Below are positions 1 through 11,169 of a stretch of DNA of 64,000 bases, one piece after another; the first letter of the stretch is position 1; every line of letters starts with the position of its first letter. The translations under genes and the position numbers were made by a program. The stretch comes from an uncultured delta proteobacterium (lineage in GTDB: Bacteria > Desulfobacterota > Binatia > UBA9968), in contig CAWJZV010000027.1 of NCBI GenBank assembly GCA_963847445.1, positions 32,001-96,000 of the forward strand, in the 5' to 3' direction. Below the pieces are notes generated by a model that was not told where the DNA came from, did no database searches, and worked only from the letters and a program-made list of their open reading frames with translations.

Positions 1-680
1 CGGGATTCTTTTCGGCGTAGGAGCGCTTGGCGACCAAGCCGTTCTCGACGAAGCGCAGATTCATTTCTTTGAGCTCTTTCGGTCCGACGATCTCGCGGAA
101 GCCCTTTTCTTTGAGAATAATGCTGTTGGGCGGGTTGACCATGGCGCCGTCGACGTTGCCGCTCATGACCGCGGCCATGGACTCGGGAATGCCGCCGGTT
201 TGGATGATCGTGACATCGCCGACGCGGGCGCGGCGGAGAATCGAGTCGGCGGTCAGATGCGACACCGCGCCGATGCGGCTGACGCCGATCTTCTTGCCGC
301 GCAGTTGTTGCAAGGTGGTGATCGACGGCTGGACGTACATCGGTGTCGTAAAGGTATGGGTGATGGCGGCGATCTGAATGACGTCGCCGCCTTGGAGCAC
401 GTTGGTGACCACGGCCGGGCCGCCCATGCCGGCAAACTGATTGTCGCCGGCGAGGATCGACTGCACCATGATCGGCGACGCGCCTTCGAAATACATATCG
501 ACATCGAGGCGGTTCTTCTCGAACAAGCCGGCGTCCTTGGCGATGAACCAGAGAAAGCCGCTGCCGGAGAGCGGTGCGTAGGTGAAGCGAACCTTGTCGA
601 GTTTTTCGGCAGCGTCGGCGGTCCGTGGCGCGAACCAGACTAGCGATGCCAGTACGAGGCAGAGCGACAATGTTTCTCAT
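1..680 (-). CDS. NitT/TauT (SsuA/THI5-like) ABC substrate-binding protein, runs off window start
   Basis: Manual minus-strand translation gives ...WFIAKDAGLFEKNRLDV...LRGKKIGVSRIGAVSH...; RBS AAGGAG before ATG at 680; probable indel in the signal-peptide region. Confidence 0.8.
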   Translation of the reverse strand, partial: MRNIVALPRTGIASLVRATDRRRCRKTRQGSLHLRTALRQRLSLVHRQGRRLVREEPPRCRYVFRRRVADHGAVDPRRRQSVCRHGRPGRGHQRAPRRRRHSDRRHHPYLYDTDVRPAVDHHLATTARQEDRRQPHRRGVASDRRLDSPPRPRRRCHDHPNRRHSRVHGRGHERQRRRRHGQPAQQHYSQRKGLPRDRRTERAQRNESALRRERLGRQALLRRKES

Positions 681-833
681 GTTCTCCTTGTGAGCGTGTT
701 CCGCGGTTCTCGTAGCCGGTGCTGGCCGCGCACCACTCCGCCGTTATGGTCCTCGTTCTAATGAGATTGCCCCGAGCTGTCAATCTTGATACGAGATTTT
801 GCTAGCGGAGTCATGCACGAAAAGGAGAACGTG

Positions 834-1861
834 ATGAGCCGTTTTGTTCTCGTCCTGTGGGTTATCATATCGTCTTCAGCGATGGTTCATGGCCAAGTCC
901 CCTATTATCAAGGCAAGACGGTTCGGTTGATCGTCAGCAGCACGGCGGGTAGCAACTACGACCTTTATGGCCGATTGGTGGCGCAATATATCGGCAGGCA
1001 CATTCCTGGAAAACCGGAAGTGGTCGTGCAAAACATGCCGGGCGGCGGCAATATTGTCGGCGCGAACTATATTTACGCGGTGGCCAAGCCCGACGGCTTG
1101 ACGTTCGGCACCGTCAACGCGGCGTTGTACTTCAATCAACTGGGCGGCAACAAAGATGTCCAGTTCGACTGGTCGAAATATATTTACGTCGGCAGCCCGG
1201 ATCGCTCTGAAGATTTGATGTACATGCGCGGCGACGCGCCGTTCAAGACTGTGGCTGACGTGCGCAAGGCTGTCGAAGGTCCGAAGTGCGGCTCGACTGG
1301 CACCGGCACAACCAGCCACTATCTGCCGACGCTATTGAACGACGGTATCGGCACGAAGTTCCATGTCGTCACCGGTTATCCGGGCGGACCGGAAATCGAT
1401 CTGGCGGTGGAGCGCAACGAAGTGCAGTGCCGCGCCTTCACCATCGCCGGTTGGTTCACCGGCGATCTCTACGCCAATTGGCGCAAGACCGGCTTTGCCC
1501 GTGCCGTGGTGCAGAGCCATCGCAAGCGCGATGCGCGGCTCGCCGACGTGCCGACAGTCTATGAGCTGCTCGATGAGTTCAAAGCGCCGGAGCAGATCAA
1601 GAAGCTGGCGAACTTGTTGATCGCGTCCAATTCATTCGGGCGTCCCTATGTGCTGCCGCCGGCGACGCCGCCCGAGTACGTAAAGATCCTGCGCGAATCG
1701 TTCATGCGCACGCTCAATGATCCGGAACTCTTGGCCGACGCGAAGCGGCGCCGCATCGACATCGAGTACACTTCGGGCGAGGAGCTCGATCGGCTCGCCA
1801 AGGAAGTGATTACCAAAGACACTGAAGTGATCGAACGGATGAAGAAATTGTTGGGAAGTGA
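834..1861 (+). CDS. Bug/TctC-family tripartite tricarboxylate transporter substrate-binding protein
   Basis: YYQGKTV, VVQNMPGGG, AKPDGLT, VTGYPG motifs. The real end is probably LLG(K)* at TGA 1859-1861; the ORF-track extension to 2048 is likely an indel read-through. Confidence 0.88.
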
Positions 1862-1889
1862 GGCAAAGCGCGCTAGAGATGAATCTGTA

Positions 1890-2094
1890 ACAAGCAGTTT
1901 AGCGATCGCTTCCGGCCAGAGACTAAGGATCGTTCCACTTTCGATTCACGTTACGCGTTCACTCAGTGGCTCATGCTTCGACGACTTTCGGATCGACGTC
2001 AACACTGGCAATCAGACGTTCAATCAATCGTGCTCTCTCAGTTGGTGAAAGCTGCATCGCTTCGGCTGCAATCGTTTTAAATTGATGAAGACAT
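1890..2094 (-). pseudogene. Degraded addiction-module antitoxin (TIGR02574/Unstab_antitox-like)
   Basis: GGAGG RBS + ATG, then ..IAAEAMQLSPTERARLIERLIASVDVDPKVVEA*ATE..IESG..EAIAKL with stops and shifts. Confidence 0.6.
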
Positions 2095-2232
2095 GCAGAC
2101 CTCCAATCCAGACAATACAGCGGGTAGACTGCCATATCGACAAATTGGCTTCAAACCCGTGATTTGGTTCGGTCGAAAAGTTTGACTTCTTACGTCGACC
2201 TGCGGTAACTCTGGGCGCGATACGGAGGAAGC

Positions 2233-3213
2233 ATGGATTACGTTCAATTCGGCTCGACGGAATTCAAGGTCTCGCGCTTGGCTTTGGGCTGCATGAGCAT
2301 GTCTGGCGCCTATGGGCCGGCGGACGATAACGAATCGATCGCGACGCTGCATAAGGCGTTCGATCTCGGCATCAACTTTCTCGATACCTCGGCAAGCTAT
2401 GGCCAGGGTCACAACCATGAGTTGATCAACAAGGCGCTGCAAGGCCGGCGCGAGCGCATCGTCATTCATTCCAAATCCGGCAGCCCGCGCGCGCCGGATG
2501 CCACGGGTAGTCGCAGCGGCAGCACGCCGGAATATTTAACCCAGAACTGCGAGCAAAGCGTCAAGCGGTTGGGGATCGACGCCCTCGATGTTTTCTGCAT
2601 GTCGCGGGTCGATCCGGATATTCCCGTCGAAGAGTCGGTGGGCGCCATGGCGAAACTGGTGGAGCGCGGCCTGACTCGCTATATCGGCCTTTCGGAAGCG
2701 AGCGCCAACTCGATCCGGCGCGCGCGCAAGGTTCATCCGATCGTTTCTTTGCAGATGGAATATTCGCTGTGGTCGCGCGATCCCGAAGGCGGCAACGTGC
2801 AGGCCTGCCGCGAATTCAACATGGGCTTCATGGCCTACTCGCCGCTCGGCCGCGGCTTTTTCGGCGGCGCCGTGCATGATGCCAAAGACATGAGCGACGG
2901 CGACGGCCGGATCAATCACCCACGTTTTCAAGGCGACAATCTGGCAAAGAATCTGGCGCTGCTGGCGCGCTTCGAAGAAATCGCCCGCGAGAAGCATTGC
3001 ACGCCGGCGCAACTGGCGCTGGCGTGGTTGATGGCTCAGGGAAGTGACGTGATTCCGATCCCCAGCAATAAGACGCGGGCGCATTTGGAAGAGAACATCA
3101 AAGCGACCGAGATCAAACTGGGGACTGAGGATTTATCCCGGCTCGACGCAATCTTTCCGCCGGGAGCGGCGGCGGGACCGCGGACCAAGGATATGCATCG
3201 GGTCAATATCTAG
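2233..3213 (+). CDS. Aldo/keto reductase
   Basis: LALGCMSMS, DTSASYG, IGLSE, QMEYSLW, AYSPLGRG, QLALAWL motifs. Confidence 0.93.
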   Translation: MDYVQFGSTEFKVSRLALGCMSMSGAYGPADDNESIATLHKAFDLGINFLDTSASYGQGHNHELINKALQGRRERIVIHSKSGSPRAPDATGSRSGSTPEYLTQNCEQSVKRLGIDALDVFCMSRVDPDIPVEESVGAMAKLVERGLTRYIGLSEASANSIRRARKVHPIVSLQMEYSLWSRDPEGGNVQACREFNMGFMAYSPLGRGFFGGAVHDAKDMSDGDGRINHPRFQGDNLAKNLALLARFEEIAREKHCTPAQLALAWLMAQGSDVIPIPSNKTRAHLEENIKATEIKLGTEDLSRLDAIFPPGAAAGPRTKDMHRVNI

Positions 3214-3219
3214 AAGACT

Positions 3220-3254
3220 CGTTCAAATCGTTCCAGCAGTTCAAAACGTTCAAG
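3220..3254. repeat. GTTCAA short-period intergenic array
   Basis: Repeated GTTC(A/C)A units; same family at 4294, 11004, 18376, 19019, 26926, 31613, 32329. Confidence 0.7.
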
Positions 3255-3271
3255 TCGTCTTGGGAGGAAAT

Positions 3272-4270
3272 ATGCGAGACGTAACTATCGTTGTCGGCAC
3301 CATCGGACAGAGCATTATGCGCAGCGAAGACAATGGCCAGACTTGGGCGCGCATCGGGCCGCGGCGGGGATTTGCCTATGAGGCTTCGGTGCGCTGTATC
3401 GCCATGCACCCAAGAGATCACAAGACTCTTTTTGCCGGCACGGAGAAAGGGCTTTATCGCAGCGCCGATGGCGGCGCCAATTGGCAGTACATCGACTCGA
3501 CGCTCAATCCCCACTATGTCTGGGTGATCGGCATCGATCCGGTGAATCCGGATAACATGTTTGTCGGCACCGGCACACCGACGCCGGCGATGCTGTTTCG
3601 TTCCAAGGATGGCGGCCGCAGCTTTGACAAGCGGCCGGTGGAAGTGGCGACGGAATGCGAGGCGGTTGGCACACCGAGATTCACCGGCATCGCCGTCGAT
3701 CCGCTGGAGCCCAACCATATCTGGGCGGGCCTTGAAGTGGACGGCGCCCGTCATAGCAGCGACGGCGGCGACACCTGGAGCATCGTCGAAGTGACAGGAC
3801 GGCGCGATATTCACAACGTTGCGGTCACCGCCGGCCCGCCCAAGACGGCCTTCATCATGGCCAACCGGGAGATCTACGCGAGCACGGATAATGGCAAGAG
3901 CTGGGAACCGCGCGACATGCAAAAGTGTCTGCCGTGGGATTATCCGCGCAAAGAAAATTATCTGCGCGGCATTGCCGTCGACCCAGCCAATCCGAAGAAA
4001 ATCATGGTGAGTTTCGGCGACTTCACGCCGGGAACTTCAGGCGCGATCGCCCAAAGCGATGACTTTTGTAAGAGCTGGAAGCTCTTGCCGTTGCCGCAGG
4101 AACCCAACTCGACCATGTGGACGTTCGCGACCAACTCCGATGACCCGAAGGTCATTTTCGCCGCGAGCCGCTACGGTTATCTCTACCGCAGCGACGACGG
4201 CGGCGCGTCGTGGAGCAAGCTGCGGCGCGAGCTGAGCGAAATCGCGGCGGTGTGCTGGTTGCCGAATTAA
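3272..4270 (+). CDS. BNR/Asp-box repeat beta-propeller protein (sialidase/YVTN-like)
   Basis: Repeated S-x-D-x-G-x-[TS]-W boxes (SEDNGQTW, SADGGANW, SSDGGDTW, STDNGKSW, SDDGGASW). Confidence 0.85.
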   Translation: MRDVTIVVGTIGQSIMRSEDNGQTWARIGPRRGFAYEASVRCIAMHPRDHKTLFAGTEKGLYRSADGGANWQYIDSTLNPHYVWVIGIDPVNPDNMFVGTGTPTPAMLFRSKDGGRSFDKRPVEVATECEAVGTPRFTGIAVDPLEPNHIWAGLEVDGARHSSDGGDTWSIVEVTGRRDIHNVAVTAGPPKTAFIMANREIYASTDNGKSWEPRDMQKCLPWDYPRKENYLRGIAVDPANPKKIMVSFGDFTPGTSGAIAQSDDFCKSWKLLPLPQEPNSTMWTFATNSDDPKVIFAASRYGYLYRSDDGGASWSKLRRELSEIAAVCWLPN

Positions 4271-4581
4271 GCGCGGCGCTTTTGCGCCACGCGGTTCAAG
4301 GGTTCAACGTTCAAGGTTCAACGTGGGCTCCCATCACAGCCTTCCACCGGCGGACGGTGAGGCTAGAAGTCCTTCGTTGTGAATTGTTCCGTTAGATTTT
4401 GCGTCCTTTGCATTGCTATCTGTGAACATTTACGCGGCGTGCGCAATATTTCGCAGCCTGGAGCGTCTCGGATTCGGACAATCCTCGCGCCAAGGTCGCA
4501 AAGTTGGAAATCTATTTTTCTCTTCCTTCGCGCCCTTTGCGTCTTTGAGACCTTCCGAGTTTCGATTGCGACTCTGTCGCG

Positions 4582-4765
4582 CTAGTGTCCTGGTCCATAA
4601 ATACGTTTACTAAACGCTCTGTACTTCCCCCTTTGAAAAAGGGGGATCGAGGGGGATTTGAATCTATTGCGCATACGTAAATCCCCCCTTCCCCCTTTTT
4701 CAAAGGGGGGATCATTCTCGTCAATGCTTGGTCATATTCATCGAACTTCTGGGTCAGGACACTAG
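4582..4765. mobile_element. MITE-like element with CTAG ends, ~24-bp terminal inverted repeats and an internal palindrome
   Basis: Left CTAGTGTCCTGGTCCATAAATACG versus reverse complement of right end CTAGTGTCCTGACCCAGAAGTTCG; internal CCCCTTTGAAAAAGGGGG..CCCCCTTTTTCAAAGGGG. Confidence 0.7.
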
Positions 4766-4784
4766 GTTCTTTGCGGCTAAATCT

Positions 4785-5765
4785 CTATTTGTACAATTCC
4801 TTCAGTAACCCGCTTTTTTCCAGCCGATCGAGGAATCGCAGGTCGACGAACTGTTCTGGTTTGGCGTTTTTCGCCGCGGGAACCGTTCGCGCGACATCGT
4901 CCAATGCGTTTTGCATACCCTGCATGTTGATGTAGGGAGCGCGTTCGAGGACTTTAGTCATGTAAAAGTCATAGGCGCGATTTAGTATCTCCGCGTCATT
5001 AATCATCGTGTATTTCGCCAATGTTTTGATTGTGCCGTCCCGATCGATGCGCGCGCGCTGCATGGCGCGCACGTAGGCGCGCATGAAGCGATCGATCATG
5101 TCCGGTTTTCTGCGGATCAGCTCGCCCGGCACGGCCATTGATGGATTGGGATAGGCGAGATCCAATTCCGTGATGCTGAAGACTTCCTTGAAACCCATTT
5201 TCTCGGAAAGAAACTGCGTCGGCGGCGAAACCACCGAGGCTTCGACCGCGCCTGACTTCAATGCGCCAAACATGTTCGACATGGTGCCTAACTGCATGAG
5301 GATCACGTCTTTGCTTGGATCCATGTTGACTTTTCTCAGCGCGGCGCGGGCGGCGATGTCGGCGCTCGAACCGAAACGGCTGACGGCGATCCGTTTGCCG
5401 CGCAGATCTTCGAGGTTCTTGACCTCCGGTTTGGCGTGAATCGAGAAGATCAATTTGTTGACGTTGTTGCCGATGACTTTCATATCGGCGCCGCTCAATG
5501 ACGCGGCCATCACCGGGCCGCCGCCGAGGGACGCGATGTCGACATCGCCGGCGACCAAGACCTGGGCGAGTTGAGTAGCGCTGGGAATGAAGATGATCTG
5601 ATCTTCCAGTCCCTCCTTGGCGAAGAATCCGGCGTCGCGGGCAACCCAGATTCCCGTGTAGGCCGCGCTGATCGAGCTGTAGGCGATGCGCACGCGGTCA
5701 GCGGATTGAACCGTTGAACTGAATAGCAGAACGTACAGTATGGCGATACTCGCGAGACGTTTCAT
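4785..5765 (-). CDS. NitT/TauT ABC substrate-binding protein
   Basis: Signal peptide MKRLASIAIL..; WVARDAGFFAKEGL; LRGKRIAVSRFGSS; AKPEQFVD C-terminus. Confidence 0.9.
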   Translation of the reverse strand: MKRLASIAILYVLLFSSTVQSADRVRIAYSSISAAYTGIWVARDAGFFAKEGLEDQIIFIPSATQLAQVLVAGDVDIASLGGGPVMAASLSGADMKVIGNNVNKLIFSIHAKPEVKNLEDLRGKRIAVSRFGSSADIAARAALRKVNMDPSKDVILMQLGTMSNMFGALKSGAVEASVVSPPTQFLSEKMGFKEVFSITELDLAYPNPSMAVPGELIRRKPDMIDRFMRAYVRAMQRARIDRDGTIKTLAKYTMINDAEILNRAYDFYMTKVLERAPYINMQGMQNALDDVARTVPAAKNAKPEQFVDLRFLDRLEKSGLLKELYK

Positions 5766-5900
5766 TGGACTCCTCCGGCGCGCGCTGAGCTTGGGTGAAT
5801 CTACGACGGCCGGTTGGGCAAGATCAAGTATAAGATGCCATGGACCGCGACAAGAGTTCTGTGATATGGAGCGGTCATCCATGGTTTGAAATGGCCGGGT

Positions 5901-6899
5901 ATGCCGATGATGCTTGTCTCAAAATGTTTGTCCCTTGCGTTGATTTCTGCTCTGGCGGTAATGCTATTGCCGAGCGCCGGCCGGACGCAGATGAAGGCGC
6001 GGGTGGCGTGGACTTCGTTCGCCAGTAACATGAGCGGCACTTGGGTGGCGCAGGAAGAAGGGTTGTTTAAGAAGAACGGCCTTGAAGTCGAGCTGGTGCA
6101 TATCCCGTCGACCTCGCGGGCGATTCAAGTGATGCTCGCCGGCGAGTTGCATTACTCCTACATGGACGGCCGCAATTCGGTCACGGCGGCGCTCAAGGGC
6201 ACGGACGTGACGATCATCGCCGGCGTTGCCAACCGTTTGGTGTTTTCCTTCATGGCGCGCCCGGAGATCAAGAGCTTTGCTGAGATGAAAGGGCGAAAAA
6301 TCGGCATCACGCGGCTGGGCTCGTCGACCCATAGCGTGACGCTTTGGGTCATGAACAACGCCGGCATCAAGCCGGAAGAGTATCAGATGTTACAGTTGGT
6401 CGACGTGCCGAATATCTTCACCGCGATGGTCGCCGGCCAGGTCGATGCCGGCGCGCTGTCGCCGCCGACCAATTTCCGCGCCCGTAAAGCCGGCTTGAGC
6501 GAGTTGATGGACGTGACCAAGGACGGCCCCGAGTACGTATCAGTGGCTATCGGTTCGACCCGCTCGTTCATCAAGGCCAATGAAGAGATGACGCGCCGTT
6601 TCATCCGCGGCTACAGCGAAGGCGTGCAGTTTTTGAAGGCGAACAAAGCCGCCGGCATCCGCGCGATTCAAAAGTACGCGCGCATCAAAGATCCGGAGAT
6701 TCTCGAAGCGACCTACGGCGAGGCGCGCGCTTATATCGAGACGACCCCGTACGTGACGCGCAGGGGGATGGAGACGATCATCGGCGAGTTGCTGCCCACC
6801 GAGCCCAAGGCCAAGACGGCAAAGCCGGAGGATTTTCTCGACACGCGCTTTGTCGCGCAGTTGGAGAAGGAAGGGTTTTACAAAGCGGCGGCGAAGTGA
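5901..6899 (+). CDS. NitT/TauT ABC substrate-binding protein
   Basis: WVAQEEGLFKKNGLEVEL; KGRKIGITRLGSST; start uncertain (5901/5907/5910). Confidence 0.9.
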   Translation: MPMMLVSKCLSLALISALAVMLLPSAGRTQMKARVAWTSFASNMSGTWVAQEEGLFKKNGLEVELVHIPSTSRAIQVMLAGELHYSYMDGRNSVTAALKGTDVTIIAGVANRLVFSFMARPEIKSFAEMKGRKIGITRLGSSTHSVTLWVMNNAGIKPEEYQMLQLVDVPNIFTAMVAGQVDAGALSPPTNFRARKAGLSELMDVTKDGPEYVSVAIGSTRSFIKANEEMTRRFIRGYSEGVQFLKANKAAGIRAIQKYARIKDPEILEATYGEARAYIETTPYVTRRGMETIIGELLPTEPKAKTAKPEDFLDTRFVAQLEKEGFYKAAAK

Positions 6900-7033
6900 A
6901 GAGTTTAAGACGATCCCTCACTGGCGTTCGGGATGACGATTCCGACGCTCTATGAACTACGCTAGCTGTGTCATTTCGAGCGCAGCGAGAAATCTATCTA
7001 GGCCGAGACCCTATTCGAACAAAGGAGCGCATC

Positions 7034-7861
7034 ATGCCCAATGTAAAATTACCCACGGGTGTCGATTTCTATTATGAAAGCCACGGCCACGGAGAGCCGC
7101 TGATCTTCGTGCCGTCGACGGCTTATTCCGGCGAGGTGTGGAAGCCTTGGCAGATGCCGCTGGCGAAGTCTCTGCAATTGATTTTCCACGATCCGCGCGG
7201 CTGTGGCCGGTCGGTGCCGACGCAATCTGTTTACACCATCGAGCAAATGGCCTTGGACATCGTCGCGATGATGGATCATTTGAAAATGCCCGCGGCCCAT
7301 TTCATCGGCCACTCCATGGGCGGGCGCATCGCATTGTCGCTGGCGCAAAACTTTCCCGGCAAGGTAAAAAGTTTGATTATGGCGGCAAGCGGTTCGGGTA
7401 CCGCGGGCCGGGCCGGTTCGGATTGCGTGCCGGGTTTGCCGCACCGCTTGGTATACGACATGGTCGAGATGGGCTTCGAGAAATTCATTTACGATGAGAT
7501 CGTCGATTCGGATACATTTTTCACCAAAGATTTTCGTGACCGGCATCGCGACCAGGTCGAAGCGTTTTTCAAAGTCGCCTGGGCGACCCACGCCAAGCTC
7601 GATCCGTTCATTCATCTATGCATCGCGCGCCACAACTTCGAAGGAACCCATCGCTTGGGCGATGTCCAGGCACCGACGTTGGTGCTGATCGGCGAGGCCG
7701 ATACGGTGGGCAGCAATCATATCGCGCAAGCCAGAGTATTGTTGGAACGCATCCCCGGCGCCGAGATGAAAGTGCTCAAGGGCCAATCCCATGGTTTTTT
7801 CTGGCAGGCGCCGGAGGAGACTAATGCGGTCATTCTTGAATGGGTGAAGAAGTGGACCTAG
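7034..7861 (+). CDS. Alpha/beta hydrolase
   Basis: GHSMGG nucleophile elbow, DPRGCGRS, C-terminal His (QSHG); RBS AAGGAG. Confidence 0.92.
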   Translation: MPNVKLPTGVDFYYESHGHGEPLIFVPSTAYSGEVWKPWQMPLAKSLQLIFHDPRGCGRSVPTQSVYTIEQMALDIVAMMDHLKMPAAHFIGHSMGGRIALSLAQNFPGKVKSLIMAASGSGTAGRAGSDCVPGLPHRLVYDMVEMGFEKFIYDEIVDSDTFFTKDFRDRHRDQVEAFFKVAWATHAKLDPFIHLCIARHNFEGTHRLGDVQAPTLVLIGEADTVGSNHIAQARVLLERIPGAEMKVLKGQSHGFFWQAPEETNAVILEWVKKWT

Positions 7862-8079
7862 TGCAGTGCCTCTTAAATGAAGGCACTTATTCATCGATCA
7901 ACCAGGCGCACAGCGGGTAGGCACCGAAGAAGAGCCGGGCGACCCATGGGAAATTGGTTTGCACCCCGAAGAACTCGAAGAGCACGAAGTTGGGAGATTT
8001 GGTCATCCCAACGCTTCGTGTCCTTGGTGGTGAGTTACTCCCCCCGATAAACTGGCAACCGCTTTAGACACTCCACTAG
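7858..8079. mobile_element. MITE-like element bounded by CTAG with imperfect terminal inverted repeats
   Basis: Left CTAGTGCAGTGCCT versus reverse complement of right CTAGTGGAGTGTCT; left CTAG contains the hydrolase stop codon; a related end occurs inverted at ~21770-21797. Confidence 0.55.
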
Positions 8080-8160
8080 TCAATCGGTAATTTCTTTCGT
8101 TGGGCTCTCAATGAATTCGCTGGCTCGAAATTTGACCGTCCGATATATGGATTTCTTCAG

Positions 8161-8940
8161 TTGAGAGCCCGATCGATGCCACCGAAACATGTAAAACTAT
8201 CGATCTGCCGGGTTCGGGCAACGGCGTTTGGTCTTGGGGTTGGATTGGGCCTTTGGGGCTTTATCGGCAGCTGTTGGTGGAATCTCGTGGTCATGGGGAG
8301 GTTGTCTTGTCTTGACGCAAAACCGGATTTTTCGAGCATCTATACCGGAGCAAAACTGATGGCGAGCGGCGCATCATCCTTATACGATCTGAAGAGCCAA
8401 TTAGCCGTACAACAACCCCTTTATCTGGGGCAGGGCGATTGGGTGCTGCCTTTCATGTACCCGCCGTTTTTTGCATGGATGTTAACCCCTCTAGCTTGGT
8501 TGTCCTATCCGACGGCTTATTTCGTTATGACAGTCGTCAATTTGGTCTTGCTGGTCGGCGGCCGGACGGCCCTGGTCGAAATTCTAGGACTTCGCGCGGA
8601 TCAATCGCTACTGCTTGTACTTGTCCGTGTTATGTAACTTTGGGGTATCCTATTGTCTACTAGAGGGACAAACCTCTATCTTGGTGTTTTTCCTGTTAGT
8701 GCTCTTCGTAACTTTTACCTGGATGAACAGGATATTGCCGGCGGTCTTTGGGCGGCCTTATTATCTCTCAAACCGCAGCTGCTTCTAATGCCGGTTGTGG
8801 TTTTGATGAGACAACGACGCTGGCGGGCCGTCTTGGTATTCGCGGTGTCGATCTCAATGTTGGGTCTTTTTTCTTTCATGCTGGTCGGTGAACCGGGTGC
8901 CAAGGCTTTCTTTAAGCTTTTGGGTCAAGCGGCTTCAGGA
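8161..8940 (+). pseudogene. Glycosyltransferase family 87 (DUF2029)-like membrane protein fragment
   Basis: DFSSIYTGA..LYD..PFMYPPFFAW, LKPQL, RRWR motifs; split by a stop/shift and truncated at the converging hydrolase; appears lower in GC. Confidence 0.65.
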
Positions 8941-9727
8941 GCCACGCCTCCAATGCGTTGTTGTATTCCGCCGGCTTGGCGGCTTTCATGCCGTGGCCGA
9001 TGTTTTCCCAGAATTCCAAATTGCACCTGCGGCGGCGCGATGCGTTCGAGATAGCTCATCTCCTCGCGCATGATGGCGCCGCCGGCTTTGTGGTCGGCGA
9101 CCAGGATCGTCGTCGGCACGGCGATGCGTTTGAAGTGGTCCTCGAAGCCAAAGGCCCAGTCACGATTGTCGGTAAGCAGCCGGGTGAGCGCGTGGGCGGC
9201 GAAGTGGTGGTTGCGGTAGACCTCCGTGTCTTCGTCAGCCTGTGACAAGCCCTTTTGCTTGGCTTCGGCGCGGATCTCTGCTTCGGGCTTGCTGCGTCTT
9301 GCCAGCGCGTTGGGCAGCGCAGTCATGAAGGCGTGGATCATGCGCCAGTAGACCGGATCTTCCAGGAAAGCGCGGGAGATCAATCCGGCGAGTCGGAGGC
9401 GAGGATGGTGCCGATGTTGCCGCCCCAGGAGTGGCCGACGTAGGCGGGTCTTTTTAGTTCCAGATTCTGGATCAGTTGGCGAATGTCCTCGGCAAAGTCG
9501 CGCAGGCGGTAACCGGTCAGCGGCTTGTCCGACTCGCCATGGCCGCGCAGATCGGGAGCGATGATGCGATAGCGCTCGTGAAAATGTTCCGCGACCGCGC
9601 TCCAGCTCGCGGAGAAATTCGTCCAGCCGTGGACCAGCAGTAGTTCGGGTTTGCCGCGCTCGCCCCATTCTAAATAATGCAGTTTGATGCCTTGGACTTC
9701 GGTGAATTTGTGTTGTGGGTTGCTCAT
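8912..9727 (-). CDS. Alpha/beta hydrolase (frameshifted)
   Basis: LVHGW, DLRGHGESD, GHSWGG; C-terminus EFNNALEAWLLKPLDPKA* in another frame. Confidence 0.8.
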
Positions 9728-9929
9728 TGAATCTGTTCCGTCTAGAGTTTGGAGTCAGCGTATGGTGATTCCGATGCTTCTAGTCGTTTAGTGATTATCT
9801 CACTTAGTAGAGACGTCAACTGTCCAGACCGTAGACGCCATTTGACGCTCGATTCGACCCACTGTTGACAGTCGTTGGAGCAGCGGTGATAGCCAGGGTT
9901 ACGAAAGAACTTCTTCCGCGGAGGTAACT

Positions 9930-10990
9930 GTGAAAAAGTTATTCTCGTTGTTCGTGCTCCTGTTCTTCCTCGCGTGCGCGGGCTTGGCTGGCCGAACCTG
10001 GGCCGCTGCGGCGGACGACAAGGCGGTGGCGGATTTCTACCGCGGCAAGACGGTGAAAATTGTCGTCGGTTTTTCCGCGGGCGGCGGCTACGATGCCTAT
10101 TCTCGGGTGATCGGCCGGCATATTCAGAAACATATCCCGGGCAATCCCAGTGTCATCGTCGAAAACATGGCCGGCGCCGGCAGCATTCTTCTGGCCAACC
10201 ATATGTTCAACGTCGCGCCGAAGGATGGCACGGTGATCGGCAACTTCAGCGGCCAGATTATTCTTCGAGCAGCAGTTTGGCAATCCCGCGGTGCAGTACG
10301 ATCTGGCGAAGTTTCGTTTTCTCGGCGTGCCGATCGGCGAGACTTATTTGCTGATGGCGACGAACAAATCCGGCGTCACGAAGTTTGACGAGCTGCTCGG
10401 GGCCAAGTCGAAGCAGCTCACCGTCGGCGGCATCCCTGGCTCGACGGTGGAACAGGGGCCGATGCTGATGCGCGATCTGCTCGGCGCCAACATCAAAGTC
10501 GTCAGCGGCTACAAGGGCACGGCCGACGTCCGGCTGGCCATGGAGAGCGGCGAGATCGACGGCATTCTTCAACAGCTGGGAATCGACCAAGGTGACTTCG
10601 CTGGACCGCGTCAAAAACGGCGACTGGCAAATACTCGCGCAAGTCGGCGATCACCCGATCGCGGCGCTGCCGGTGAAGAACGTGCCGACGATCCCGCAGA
10701 TCGCCAAGACCGAGGAGCAGCGGCAGCTACTGCGTTTCGGCGCGGCCGCGCCCAATCAGTTCGCCAAAGTCTACGTGGTTCCACCAGGGACGCCGCCCGA
10801 CCGCGCCGCGGCCCTCGAAACGGCGTTGACGAGGACTTTCGCCGACAAAGAATTTCTCGCCGAAGCCGACAAAGGCAAGCTCGACATCGATCCGGTCTCG
10901 GCGCACACAGGTGCAGAAGATTGGTCAACGACTTTTTCGGCTTGCCGGCCGAGCTCAAAGCAAAGCTGAAAAAGATTCTTGCGACCATAG
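9930..10990 (+). CDS. Bug/TctC-family substrate-binding protein (frameshifted)
   Basis: DFYRGKTV, GGGYDAYSR, ENMAGAG, VSGYKG, PPGTPPDR motifs spread over several frames. Confidence 0.85.
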
Positions 10991-11003
10991 GTCGCAAGAT
11001 CTT

Positions 11004-11120
11004 CGTTCAAGCCGTTCAAGCGGTTCAATCCGTTCAAGACGACTCGGATTTCGCACGTTCCAAGTTCTTAAAACCTCCGAGACGCCTTGAACGGCTTGAA
11101 CCGAGCGTAGCGATTGAACG
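11004..11120. repeat. GTTCAA/TTGAAC inverted short-period array
   Basis: Left arm CGTTCAAGCCGTTCAAGCGGTTCAATCCGTTCAAG, right arm CTTGAACGGCTTGAAC..TTGAACG. Confidence 0.75.
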
Positions 11121-11169
11121 CTTAGCGATACGGCAATTGCGATACAAGGTAACTACGGAGGATTGCAGA

